64,000 bases of DNA, from positions 12,226 to 76,225 of the IMG/VR virus record IMGVR_UViG_3300042197_000966. One strand, 5' to 3'. This stretch comes from a virus. Numbering within the stretch: position 1 is the stretch's first letter; each line of letters begins with the position of its first letter. Below, piece after piece: positions 1 through 9,705 of this stretch. Both the position numbers and the translations under genes were made by a program. The notes beneath the pieces were generated by a model. The model saw nothing but the letters and a program-made list of their open reading frames with translations. It ran no database searches and was not told the origin of the DNA.

Positions 1-2
1 GT

Positions 3-1328
3 CGTTACAATTGGGATTTAGTTGCTAATCCTAAGTTTGATATGTGGAAACCAGATTATTCTGCCACACCAGCTGGTGGTGGTGGTATTGGTAAGTCTAC
101 AGCAACTGGTGCAACTTCAATTGCAGATGCTAAGTTCTATGTAATGAACTCTGCATATGAAGTATTCAAGTGTCTTTATAACGGTCAGAACCCAACAAAC
201 GCCACTGGTCAAAACGCAACAGAAGAACCAATTACAACTGGTGCTAATTATGCAGCAGGAACTGGTCTTTATACAGAAACAACTGGCGCTGGTTATATCT
301 GGAAATATATGTACACCATCCCAACAGATGATGTACTAAGATTCCTATCATCAGATTTTCTACCTATTGTTCTTCCTGCAAACCCTTCTCGTACTGCAGT
401 AAAGGCTTTAGCAGTTGATGGAGCTATCGATGCTGTTCTAATTAAAGATGCTGGTGCTGGTCTTCCTGCATCTTCAACACTATATTCTTCCATCAAAGGA
501 GATGGAACTGGTGGTATTGTAAGAATTACTACTAATGGTTCTGGTAATATTACTGGTGCTTTTGTTCAAGCAAGAGGATCTGGATATACATACGCTAATG
601 TAATCTTAGCAACTGGTACTGGTACTGGAGGAACTTCGTATGGTCTCTTCACTAATAGTGCTCTGACAACAGCAGCTACTGTTACTGCTGGGGCAACTGG
701 ATCTATAGAAGTAATTCTTCCTCCTCTTGGCGGTCATGGTTTTGACCATGAGCAAGAATTGAACGCTAAGAGAGTTATGACAAATATTCGTCTAACTTAT
801 TCCGAAGGATCTGGAGATTTCCCAGTTGATAATGACTTCCGCAGAATTGGTATTCTTGCTGATCCATATAACTATGGAACAACTACTTTCTCAACTGCCG
901 ATACCCTTAGTGGTCTAAAAGCTGTTAAGATTAATAGTGCAACTGCTGACTTCATTCCAGACGAAAGAATTCAACAAACCGTTTCTGGTGGAACAGCAAT
1001 TGGTACTGTCGTTTCTTGGACACTTGATAGTGGATCAACTGTTAATGGAGTTCTTAAGTATATCCAAACTAATGACGCTCATAGAGATACGACTGGAACA
1101 GTAAGAAGCTTCAGCAGCAGTGGCGCTATCACTGGATCACAATCAGCGGCGTCTGGAACACCTAATACTGCATATAGTTCATCAAGTGGTGGTGTAACAT
1201 TTACATCTGGTTATGCAAATCCAGAAATTCAAAATAATTCTGGTGAGGTCATTTACGTAGAAAATCGTAAACTGATCACTCGTGCCCCTGATCAGATCGA
1301 AGATATCAAACTAGTTATTGAGTTCTGA
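3..1328 (+). CDS. gp8: Baseplate wedge subunit gp8, 5'-truncated by the window edge
   Basis: Frame is open from position 3 (RYNWDLVANPKFDMWKPDY). Motifs FYVMNSAYEVFKCLYN, GYIWKYMYTIP, NDFRRIGIL.DP and C-terminal YVENRKLITRAPDQIEDIKLVIEF. Confidence 0.93.
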   Translation, partial: RYNWDLVANPKFDMWKPDYSATPAGGGGIGKSTATGATSIADAKFYVMNSAYEVFKCLYNGQNPTNATGQNATEEPITTGANYAAGTGLYTETTGAGYIWKYMYTIPTDDVLRFLSSDFLPIVLPANPSRTAVKALAVDGAIDAVLIKDAGAGLPASSTLYSSIKGDGTGGIVRITTNGSGNITGAFVQARGSGYTYANVILATGTGTGGTSYGLFTNSALTTAATVTAGATGSIEVILPPLGGHGFDHEQELNAKRVMTNIRLTYSEGSGDFPVDNDFRRIGILADPYNYGTTTFSTADTLSGLKAVKINSATADFIPDERIQQTVSGGTAIGTVVSWTLDSGSTVNGVLKYIQTNDAHRDTTGTVRSFSSSGAITGSQSAASGTPNTAYSSSSGGVTFTSGYANPEIQNNSGEVIYVENRKLITRAPDQIEDIKLVIEF

Positions 1329-1345
1329 TTTATATTTTACTCCGC

Positions 1346-1351
1346 TAAATA
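1346..1351 (+). promoter_or_regulatory. T4-type late promoter core (TAAATA)
   Basis: CTAAATA in the intergenic gap about 35 nt upstream of the 2698-aa gene. Confidence 0.7.
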
Positions 1352-1385
1352 TTAACGACTAGATGTTTGTATTTGGCGGAGTACG

Positions 1386-4300
1386 ATGCCACAGAAGACC
1401 AATCTTAACGTAAATCCTTACTACGAGGACTTTGATGCGACAAAGAATTTTTATAAGATTCTTTTTCGCCCTGGTTACTCTATTCAAGGCAGAGAATTAA
1501 CACAACTACAATCAATCTTACAAAATCAGATTGAAAGTTTTGGTAGATATGCCTTCAAGCAAGGGCAGATGGTTATTCCTGGAGAGATAGGTCTTAATAC
1601 AAAACTAGATTATGTAAAATTATCATCGGTAACAGAAGTAGCTGTTAGTGAAGGAGATGATATTGTTTATAAAAAATATGATATTACACAGTTAATTGGT
1701 CAGCAAGTTATCGGTTTAACTTCTGGTGTTGTTGGAACTATAGTATCTGTAAAATTAGCAACAGAAGAAACTGCAGATACTCTTTATGTCAATTATATAA
1801 CTAGTGGTAATTCAAATGAAGAACCAACTTTCAGACAAGGAGAAACTCTGGAAGTTGTTGATGGTGTCAATACTCCACTGTTAGTTGTTGGAACGGATGG
1901 GAGCGTACTTCCAACAAGTATTAGTATAACAAATCCAGATACTGGAGAAGTGACTTCTTTAGAAAGTCCAGCAATGGGATATGCTTCTGCTGTGAAGGTA
2001 TCGGAAGGAATTTATTTTGTAAACGGTTACTTTGTTCGTAATCAAGAAGATCTTTTGATCATTGAAGAATATTATGATAAACCATCAGCAAAAGTTGGAT
2101 TTGTTATTTCTGAAAATATTGTAACACCAGAGGAAGATGCATCTCTATATGATAATGCTATAGGATCTTCTAACTATACCGCTCCTGGTGCTCATAGATT
2201 AAGTATTTCTTTATCTCTAAAAGAATTTGCATTAGATGCAATTACCGATAAAAACTTTATTCAATTATTGACAGTTTCTAGAGGAGTAATTCAGAAAAAA
2301 GTATCTCCAGCAGATTATACATTGCTAGAAGAAACTTTAGCAAGAAGAACTTTTGATGAAAGTGGAGATTATGTAGTAGATAATTTTTCTATTGATATCA
2401 GAGAATACGCCCAAAAAGAAACAAATAATGGAATATATTCTGAGGATGAATTCGGATTATATAATGGATTAACTTCTAGCGAAGCAGCAAGAAAAATGGT
2501 TGCTAGTGTTGGTCCTGGCAAAGCATACATTAAAGGATATGAAATTGTTAACAAGGAAATTAAATATCTTGATATCAATAAATCAAGAGAAAGTCTAAGT
2601 AGTGACAATGTTAAATTAAAAACAAAAGGTCTGCCATCATTTACAATAACAAATGTATTTGGTAGTGTTCCTTTGAATAAAGAAGGAGCAGATCTAACAG
2701 CATATCCAGATGTATTTTTATACTCAACATTTAATGATGGTTCAATTGGTCTCAATAATACAGAATTACCTACAGATCATAGGCAAACTTTAAACAGAAG
2801 AGGTCTGATTTTTAATTCAAATGATGCTATTAAAACTGTAACTATCCAAGTAAGCAGCGTTACAACTTTAATCGGTAGCATTACTGATGGAACATTCCAA
2901 AATTTAATAGGAACACTATATTTTATCAAATCAAGAAGTGATGTTGGATCTCCAACTTCTGTTGGCAGTGTAAAATCATTATCATATGCAGTTGTAAATA
3001 AACCACTCATAAATCCATCTGTCTCTGTAAAATTCTTAGAGTTAACTGTAACTGGTCCAAAAAATGAACTAGAGTTTTTACTTCTTGAATATGATAATGG
3101 CGATTCCGAATATAAGAGAAGATTTTACCTTACTGAATCTGATGCTCAAAATCAAACTAATGAGTTTGGTTTTATCGTAGATTATAGACAAACTCTAACT
3201 CCAGTTATTGGTAAAGTTAAGCCAAGTAATTTTTATCTACAGCAAAGAGGATCTGGATTTAACTCAGATTCAGATATTATCCTATCCAAAGGTCGTCTTT
3301 CTGGTGGATCGTCTGCATATAATTCATTCTTTGGTTTTTCTTATTTTGATCCTCAGTTCTTTACAAAGATTACCTTAGAAGCGTCTCCAGTAGGTGCTGA
3401 TGCATTTTCTATAGGTAGATATGTTTTTGGTCTTGAAAGCAACGCATATGGCGTTGTAGAGGGCGCTGCTAATGGAGTATATTCTACTAACAATCTTTTA
3501 TTCATCAAAACTTTGTCTGGTAGATTTTTATCGGGTGAAACAATCCGAGATGAAGTTGGCAACACTGTAAAAATTGCCAAAGAAAATACAATCTCTCACT
3601 TTGTTGTTCAAAATAGAGGTCTTGGTTATGCTACTGGATCAACAATCTTAATTAATGGATTAGAATATGATTCTTCAAAAATTCAATTATATTTGACTGG
3701 AGATGGAAAAGTTTATAAAGCTATTGTAAATAATAGATCTGCAGTTAATGTTGAATATTCACAACCTCCAGCAGTTAGTGTTAAAGTTCCAACTGGAGCT
3801 CCAACACCAAATTCTGGTGCAGCAATTGTTCCAGTTTTATTCAGAGATACTGTAATAACTTACACGCCACAAAATGTAAAATCAATTGGTTGTAATTATG
3901 GATCTGGAAATGCAAATACTTTTAGTGCTGATGTTTTAGTAGATAGTAAAGAATATTCAGAGGTAAGATCTGTCACAGATTTTACATTTTTTGGATCACA
4001 GGGTTCGGACTTTATTGAATCAACAAGTTTTAGTGCTGATGCAAGTTCTTTATTGGTGCAAGGAGACATAGTACAATTTTCTGATGCTAACAATAATTTA
4101 ATTCGTGCAATTGTCCAATATGCAACAAAACCATCTGGAGTAGAAAAAACTAGAATTTATCTAGATTCTGTTTTGTCTGGAAATGTAACTAATACTAGTA
4201 TTGTTAGATTGAGACCAGTATTAAAAAATCCAAATGGTGGAACTCTCTTATATCCAACTGGTAGCAAACAGATTAGTCAAATTTCTAATGGAGGAGATGA

Positions 4301-7300
4301 TACAAATATCAAATATTATTTCCGTAGAGATTTTGTAACTACTGCATCTTCAAGCGGTGGAACAATTACATTTGCAGCTCAATTGCCTTATGGAACTCAA
4401 AGATTTGCTGCATTCACAGAGAATAATTTTATTATTACCGTTTTAGATAAGGGAGATGCCTCTGATATTTCAAACGGAGATATAATCTATGTTAATGAAG
4501 ATTCCGTAGAGATTTCTTCAGCAACTGATACATCAAGTGGTCTAACATCTGGTAGTATCAGTCTACAATTACCATCAACATATTTTGGAAGTATTCCCAC
4601 AAATGGAACATTCCCAAAATTAAAATTAACTGCTACTTTGGAAGTAAGCAACGCAAAACCAAGATTAAAGACAGCAATCAAAAATAAAAGAATTATTGTA
4701 AATTCTTCTGGAGATAGAGTTCTTCCTTTTAGAGGAACAGATTATGATAATGAAGCTGTAAATATTTTATCTTATTCGGATGCTTTTAAATTAAGATACG
4801 TTTATGAGGGAACTAGCACCCAACCACCAGAGGCAGATAGTGCTGGAAATCTTATTTCTGGAACTGATGTAACATCAAAGTTTACATTTGATAATGGACA
4901 AAGAGATACCATTTACGATGTTTCTAGGATTGTATTAAAACCAGGATTTGAACCAACTACTGGTCAACTATTAATTGCGTTTGATTATTTTGAACATTCG
5001 CAAGGAGATTTCTGTACGATTGATAGTTACTTACATGAGGCTGGTGTCGAAGAAGATGAAATTCCAACATTTAATTCTTCAGTTCATGGAAATCTTGAAC
5101 TAAAAAATGTTCTAGATTTTAGACCAAAAGTTGATGTAGATGCTATTATTGCAGGATTTCAGGATACATCTTCTCTTGCAATTACTACTGGTCAATTTTC
5201 TGGTCCTGGATCTGTAATTGCTGCTACACCAGCAGCAGATCAAGGAATAGAATATACATTCTCATTTAGTCAAGTTCAATATCTCGATAGAATTGATGGC
5301 ATTTTCTTGAACAAAAAAGGAGAATTTTTTGTGAAGGAAGGAAATTCATCATTAAATCCTTCTAAACCAGATACAATAGATGATGCTGTTCCTCTGTTCT
5401 ATGTTTATATTCCTGCATATACAAAAACAAGTAAAGATGTAAGGATTACTCCAGTAGATAATCGTAGATATACGATGCGTGATATTGGTAAGCTAGAAAA
5501 GCGTATTGAAAGACTTGAATATTATACTACTTTAAGTATTTTAGAGCAGCAAGCATTGAATATGCAAGTCAAGGATGAGGTTGGTTTAGATAGATTTAAG
5601 AGTGGATTTTTTGTTGATAATTTTGAATCTCATAAAGTTGGAAACCTAACATCCTTAGATTATAGATGCGCTATTGATACTCAGCAATCAGTTTTGCGTC
5701 CTCAATCTAAAGAAGATTGTGTTCTCTTAAAAGAAGTGAATACTAGAGAAGATCAAAGATCGGTATCTGGTTATAAAAAATCTGGTGATATTATCACATT
5801 ACCATATACTGACTTAAAACTTTTTGGAAATGAGTTTGCATCAAAAACAATAAATCCAAATCCTTTCGTTGTTATTCAATATGTTGGGGATGTTGATGTT
5901 TCTCCAAATATTGATCATTGGTATGACCAGAATATCGATCCAGTTGTTGTCGATACAAATACAAGTTTGTTTAATATTTTCTTAGCAAAAGATGATTCTA
6001 AGGAAAGTTTTTCTGGATTATATAATTCATTTATTGTCAATTGGGTTGGCACTTCTCCAGCATTTACAACTATTAATTCGCTTGGAGAAATCAATACTCA
6101 ACAAGCAACATCTACAGTAACATCGGCATCAATTTCTAGTTCTTCAAATATCAGTCCAAGAAATAATGATATTGGAAAAGGTGTTCAAACAAAATCTGTA
6201 AATGGAAATCTTGTCTCAACAGCACTATCATTTTTTGCAAGAAGTGTTCCTGTGAAATTTGTTGTTAGAAGAATGAAGCCAAATACTACTATTAATGTAT
6301 TTTTAGAAGGAAGAAATATTAATCGTTGGGTTAATCCTGATCTTAGATTTACTGGTGTTGCTGGGAATTCTCTTTCATCATTTAATGGAACTGTTACAAC
6401 AGATGAAAATGGAAATGCTAGTGGATTGATTTTAGTTCCTGCTGGAGTTCCACCAAGAGAAAATGCTACTTGGACTGGCGATGTAGCTACCGTTGATTAT
6501 GATACATCGGGAGCAGCGATACGCTTGACAACTGGTGTTCTTACTTTCAGATTTACTTCTAGTCCAGTAGATGCATCTAAGGACAGTGTAGATACTTATG
6601 CGGAAGTAAAATATTATGCTACTGGAATTTTACCAGAAAATCCATCAAGTATTGTTTCAACAAAACCATCTTACTTTAAATCAAATGAAGGGGTTCAAAT
6701 TATTGATAACAATACAGATAACCCACTAAGACCAAATCCACTTGCTCAAACATTTAAAATTGAAAATTATGACGGTGGTTTATTTGCCACTGGAGTTGAT
6801 CTATTTTTCTCCAAGAAGAGTAGTAATATTCCATTCAAAGTATACATTACAGATGTTGTCTCTGGGAAACCAGCAAAAAATATTGTTCCTGGATCAGAAA
6901 AAACTTTAAATCCAAATACGTATTTGAAGTGCTACTCCAATGGAAATATAAGTGTTACTATCGGTGAATATGTAACTGGAACCAGTTCTTCAGCAAGTGG
7001 TCCTATTTTAAAAATATATGATAAAAATGGAGTTGAATTAGTAGCATCAACTGCTGGAAAATATTCATTAACAAATGAGCAAGTTTATACTGTTGTTTTA
7101 GGCAACCATAATGGTAAGTCTTTCAAACAAAATGAAGATCTTTTAATTCCATCCGTAACTCTCGCAAATGCTACAGATGGCACTCAATTAAAACTAACTA
7201 TTGCAAAAGATAGCGGAAAAGTTTCAGATATTAAAATTAAAAATACAGGTCAAAATTATGACAGTGCAATCTTAACAATCGAAAGTCCACAACTTCCTGG

Positions 7301-9482
7301 TGGATCCTCTGCCACTGCCCGCATTGAAGTTTCTGAAGGAAAAATTTATAATGCAGAAATTTCTCTTTCTGGATTTGGTTATACTGAACCACCATCAGTT
7401 GTTGTGAAAGGAGTTGGAAATGGTGCTAGTGGATGTGAGATAGAAACATTTATTGAAATTGATACTCCAGCTGTACAAATGGGTATTGCGGTAGATGTAT
7501 CTGGTACAACCAAATCCACAGTTCCAACTAAATTTGCATTTGATTATCCAGTATATCTACAAAATAATACTGAATATGCTTTAGTTTTAGAAACAGATTC
7601 TGTAGAATATGAAGTATGGGCATCTAGACTTGGGGAAATTGATATTTCAACAAGTACTGTCATTACAACCCAACCTTCATTGGGATCTGTATATAGATCA
7701 CAGAATGTTGATAATTGGACAGAAGATATTTTTGAAGATCTCAAATTTAATTTCTATCGTGCAGAATTTGATATCTCTCGCCCAGCAGAATTTTTAGCAA
7801 CAAATAGAAAGCTTGGTTATGAATTATTGAATTCAAATCCCTTTGAAACTAATGCTAGTTCAAATACTAATGCTACTTCTAAACTATTTAAAAATAATAA
7901 TAGCATTATCAAAGTAAAACATAGAGATAATGGATTTGAAGATTCTGGCAAATCATATGTTTTCTATAGAAGTGCCGAGGAAACCGCTGGTATTACAGCA
8001 AATATTTTAAATAACACACTATTTAAAGTTACAAATTCTGGTATTGATATTTACAATATTACTTCTTCTTCAAAAGCTGCTGGAAATAATCTTGGTGGAG
8101 GAGATACAGTTTATGCAAGTTTCAATAGAAAATTTGAAATTTTGTATCCACAAATTCATTACTTAACTATGACAGGTACAAAACTTGAAACTTTTGTTAA
8201 AACAACAAATATTATCCCTACAGATTCTAAAACAACAAATTATACTTCATATTCACAAACCGATTACGAAAAGACATTTTTAAATGAACCTCACTATTTC
8301 ACAAATCAAAAAGTAATTGCTTCAGAAATTAATGAAACACTGAACAGTGTTACTAGATCTCTTACATACAAAATGATTTTATCATCAGAAAAATCATATT
8401 TATCTCCAGTAATTGATTTGTCGAGTGCTTCAGTAAAAACAGTTTCAAATAGAGTTGAATTTGCCTCTGGTCAAGAAAATAGATTTGGAAGAAGAGATCA
8501 AATTATTGAATTCTATCCAGTTTATCAATTCCAACTTGCTGGTAATGGATCTACTGCAATACAAGATAATCAAACAATTACTGGAAAAACAACAAAAGCA
8601 ACTGGAACGATATGTAAAGTGAGTGGAAATAATGTGTGGGTTCGTGTGAAGACTAGTCAATTCTTCCAAAAAGGAGAAGGAGTTACGTTAGGTAATCAAC
8701 TTACATTAACAAGTGTTACTATCAATTCAAATCCAGCACAAGTCTTTGTTTCCATTGCAGATGCTGCGACGATTATAGCTCGCAATCCATCCGCTCTCTT
8801 ACAAACCTATGATAATATTATTACTGGTAAAACAGTGTTGTGGAATAATAAAACACAGGAATTGATTGTTTCTGTAGATATACAACCAATCAATAATGAT
8901 TTTACTTCAAGAATAATTGACAATGCCGCATTTAATAGAAATGCTGTTGTTACTGCACAAATAGCAGATATTTTTAGAGTTGGAGATTTTGTAAAATACC
9001 CAAATCAACCAGACGATGAAAAAGCATTTTGGGAAGTTGGTAGAGTAACTTATAGAAACGGTATTGATTATGTATCAGAAAATACATCCAAAAATAGTTC
9101 TGCCGTTGCTAAGTATGTAACAAAAGAAGTTTCAATTAATAATCCAGCAACTTCGATTGATGTTCGTTTAACAGCAAATGTTAAAGATGTAGAAAATATT
9201 CAAGTTCTGTATAGATATAAAAAGTCTTCAAGTCAAGAAAACTTTGAAGACATTGATTGGGTATATTTCAATGAAACTGGATTGCCTGATACACTAGAAA
9301 TTGCAAACAGTGAAAATACTATTTCGGGAACTGTGGAGAAGCAATCTTCATATCAAGAGTTTAAATACAGTGTAACAAATCTTCCAGAATTTTCTTCTTT
9401 TGCTGTAAAAATTGTTATGAAGTCTGTTGATCCTGCTTACGTGCCTAAGATCCAAGACATTCGTGCTGTTGCTTCATTCTGA
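1386..9482 (+). CDS. Large virion structural protein, DUF4815/VrlC-like
   Basis: N-terminus NLNVNPYYEDFD...LFRPGYSIQGRELTQLQSILQNQIE; RRYTMRDIGKLEKRIERLEYYTTLS; DRFKSGFFVDNF; position after gp8. Confidence 0.85.
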   Translation: MPQKTNLNVNPYYEDFDATKNFYKILFRPGYSIQGRELTQLQSILQNQIESFGRYAFKQGQMVIPGEIGLNTKLDYVKLSSVTEVAVSEGDDIVYKKYDITQLIGQQVIGLTSGVVGTIVSVKLATEETADTLYVNYITSGNSNEEPTFRQGETLEVVDGVNTPLLVVGTDGSVLPTSISITNPDTGEVTSLESPAMGYASAVKVSEGIYFVNGYFVRNQEDLLIIEEYYDKPSAKVGFVISENIVTPEEDASLYDNAIGSSNYTAPGAHRLSISLSLKEFALDAITDKNFIQLLTVSRGVIQKKVSPADYTLLEETLARRTFDESGDYVVDNFSIDIREYAQKETNNGIYSEDEFGLYNGLTSSEAARKMVASVGPGKAYIKGYEIVNKEIKYLDINKSRESLSSDNVKLKTKGLPSFTITNVFGSVPLNKEGADLTAYPDVFLYSTFNDGSIGLNNTELPTDHRQTLNRRGLIFNSNDAIKTVTIQVSSVTTLIGSITDGTFQNLIGTLYFIKSRSDVGSPTSVGSVKSLSYAVVNKPLINPSVSVKFLELTVTGPKNELEFLLLEYDNGDSEYKRRFYLTESDAQNQTNEFGFIVDYRQTLTPVIGKVKPSNFYLQQRGSGFNSDSDIILSKGRLSGGSSAYNSFFGFSYFDPQFFTKITLEASPVGADAFSIGRYVFGLESNAYGVVEGAANGVYSTNNLLFIKTLSGRFLSGETIRDEVGNTVKIAKENTISHFVVQNRGLGYATGSTILINGLEYDSSKIQLYLTGDGKVYKAIVNNRSAVNVEYSQPPAVSVKVPTGAPTPNSGAAIVPVLFRDTVITYTPQNVKSIGCNYGSGNANTFSADVLVDSKEYSEVRSVTDFTFFGSQGSDFIESTSFSADASSLLVQGDIVQFSDANNNLIRAIVQYATKPSGVEKTRIYLDSVLSGNVTNTSIVRLRPVLKNPNGGTLLYPTGSKQISQISNGGDDTNIKYYFRRDFVTTASSSGGTITFAAQLPYGTQRFAAFTENNFIITVLDKGDASDISNGDIIYVNEDSVEISSATDTSSGLTSGSISLQLPSTYFGSIPTNGTFPKLKLTATLEVSNAKPRLKTAIKNKRIIVNSSGDRVLPFRGTDYDNEAVNILSYSDAFKLRYVYEGTSTQPPEADSAGNLISGTDVTSKFTFDNGQRDTIYDVSRIVLKPGFEPTTGQLLIAFDYFEHSQGDFCTIDSYLHEAGVEEDEIPTFNSSVHGNLELKNVLDFRPKVDVDAIIAGFQDTSSLAITTGQFSGPGSVIAATPAADQGIEYTFSFSQVQYLDRIDGIFLNKKGEFFVKEGNSSLNPSKPDTIDDAVPLFYVYIPAYTKTSKDVRITPVDNRRYTMRDIGKLEKRIERLEYYTTLSILEQQALNMQVKDEVGLDRFKSGFFVDNFESHKVGNLTSLDYRCAIDTQQSVLRPQSKEDCVLLKEVNTREDQRSVSGYKKSGDIITLPYTDLKLFGNEFASKTINPNPFVVIQYVGDVDVSPNIDHWYDQNIDPVVVDTNTSLFNIFLAKDDSKESFSGLYNSFIVNWVGTSPAFTTINSLGEINTQQATSTVTSASISSSSNISPRNNDIGKGVQTKSVNGNLVSTALSFFARSVPVKFVVRRMKPNTTINVFLEGRNINRWVNPDLRFTGVAGNSLSSFNGTVTTDENGNASGLILVPAGVPPRENATWTGDVATVDYDTSGAAIRLTTGVLTFRFTSSPVDASKDSVDTYAEVKYYATGILPENPSSIVSTKPSYFKSNEGVQIIDNNTDNPLRPNPLAQTFKIENYDGGLFATGVDLFFSKKSSNIPFKVYITDVVSGKPAKNIVPGSEKTLNPNTYLKCYSNGNISVTIGEYVTGTSSSASGPILKIYDKNGVELVASTAGKYSLTNEQVYTVVLGNHNGKSFKQNEDLLIPSVTLANATDGTQLKLTIAKDSGKVSDIKIKNTGQNYDSAILTIESPQLPGGSSATARIEVSEGKIYNAEISLSGFGYTEPPSVVVKGVGNGASGCEIETFIEIDTPAVQMGIAVDVSGTTKSTVPTKFAFDYPVYLQNNTEYALVLETDSVEYEVWASRLGEIDISTSTVITTQPSLGSVYRSQNVDNWTEDIFEDLKFNFYRAEFDISRPAEFLATNRKLGYELLNSNPFETNASSNTNATSKLFKNNNSIIKVKHRDNGFEDSGKSYVFYRSAEETAGITANILNNTLFKVTNSGIDIYNITSSSKAAGNNLGGGDTVYASFNRKFEILYPQIHYLTMTGTKLETFVKTTNIIPTDSKTTNYTSYSQTDYEKTFLNEPHYFTNQKVIASEINETLNSVTRSLTYKMILSSEKSYLSPVIDLSSASVKTVSNRVEFASGQENRFGRRDQIIEFYPVYQFQLAGNGSTAIQDNQTITGKTTKATGTICKVSGNNVWVRVKTSQFFQKGEGVTLGNQLTLTSVTINSNPAQVFVSIADAATIIARNPSALLQTYDNIITGKTVLWNNKTQELIVSVDIQPINNDFTSRIIDNAAFNRNAVVTAQIADIFRVGDFVKYPNQPDDEKAFWEVGRVTYRNGIDYVSENTSKNSSAVAKYVTKEVSINNPATSIDVRLTANVKDVENIQVLYRYKKSSSQENFEDIDWVYFNETGLPDTLEIANSENTISGTVEKQSSYQEFKYSVTNLPEFSSFAVKIVMKSVDPAYVPKIQDIRAVASF

Positions 9483-9498
9483 TTTTTAATTTCCGCGT

Positions 9499-9705
9499 AT
9501 GGATTATATAAAAGTTGCTGGTCATGATGGTCTAGTGAGAGATGAAAATACAGGTGCCATCTTGAATTTGGATGATTCTGCTATAGAAGCAAGAAGAAAA
9601 TCAAAACACTTAAGTTCCGCATTGGAAGACATAAATATGTTGAAGAATGAAATCTCTGAGATCAAATCACTATTACGAGAGTTATTAAGAAATGGCAATT
9701 CTTAG
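9499..9705 (+). CDS. Small conserved protein with C-terminal coiled coil
   Basis: [20 protein letters not shown] then heptad-like [19 protein letters not shown]; typical position after the VrlC-like gene. Confidence 0.8.
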   Translation: MDYIKVAGHDGLVRDENTGAILNLDDSAIEARRKSKHLSSALEDINMLKNEISEIKSLLRELLRNGNS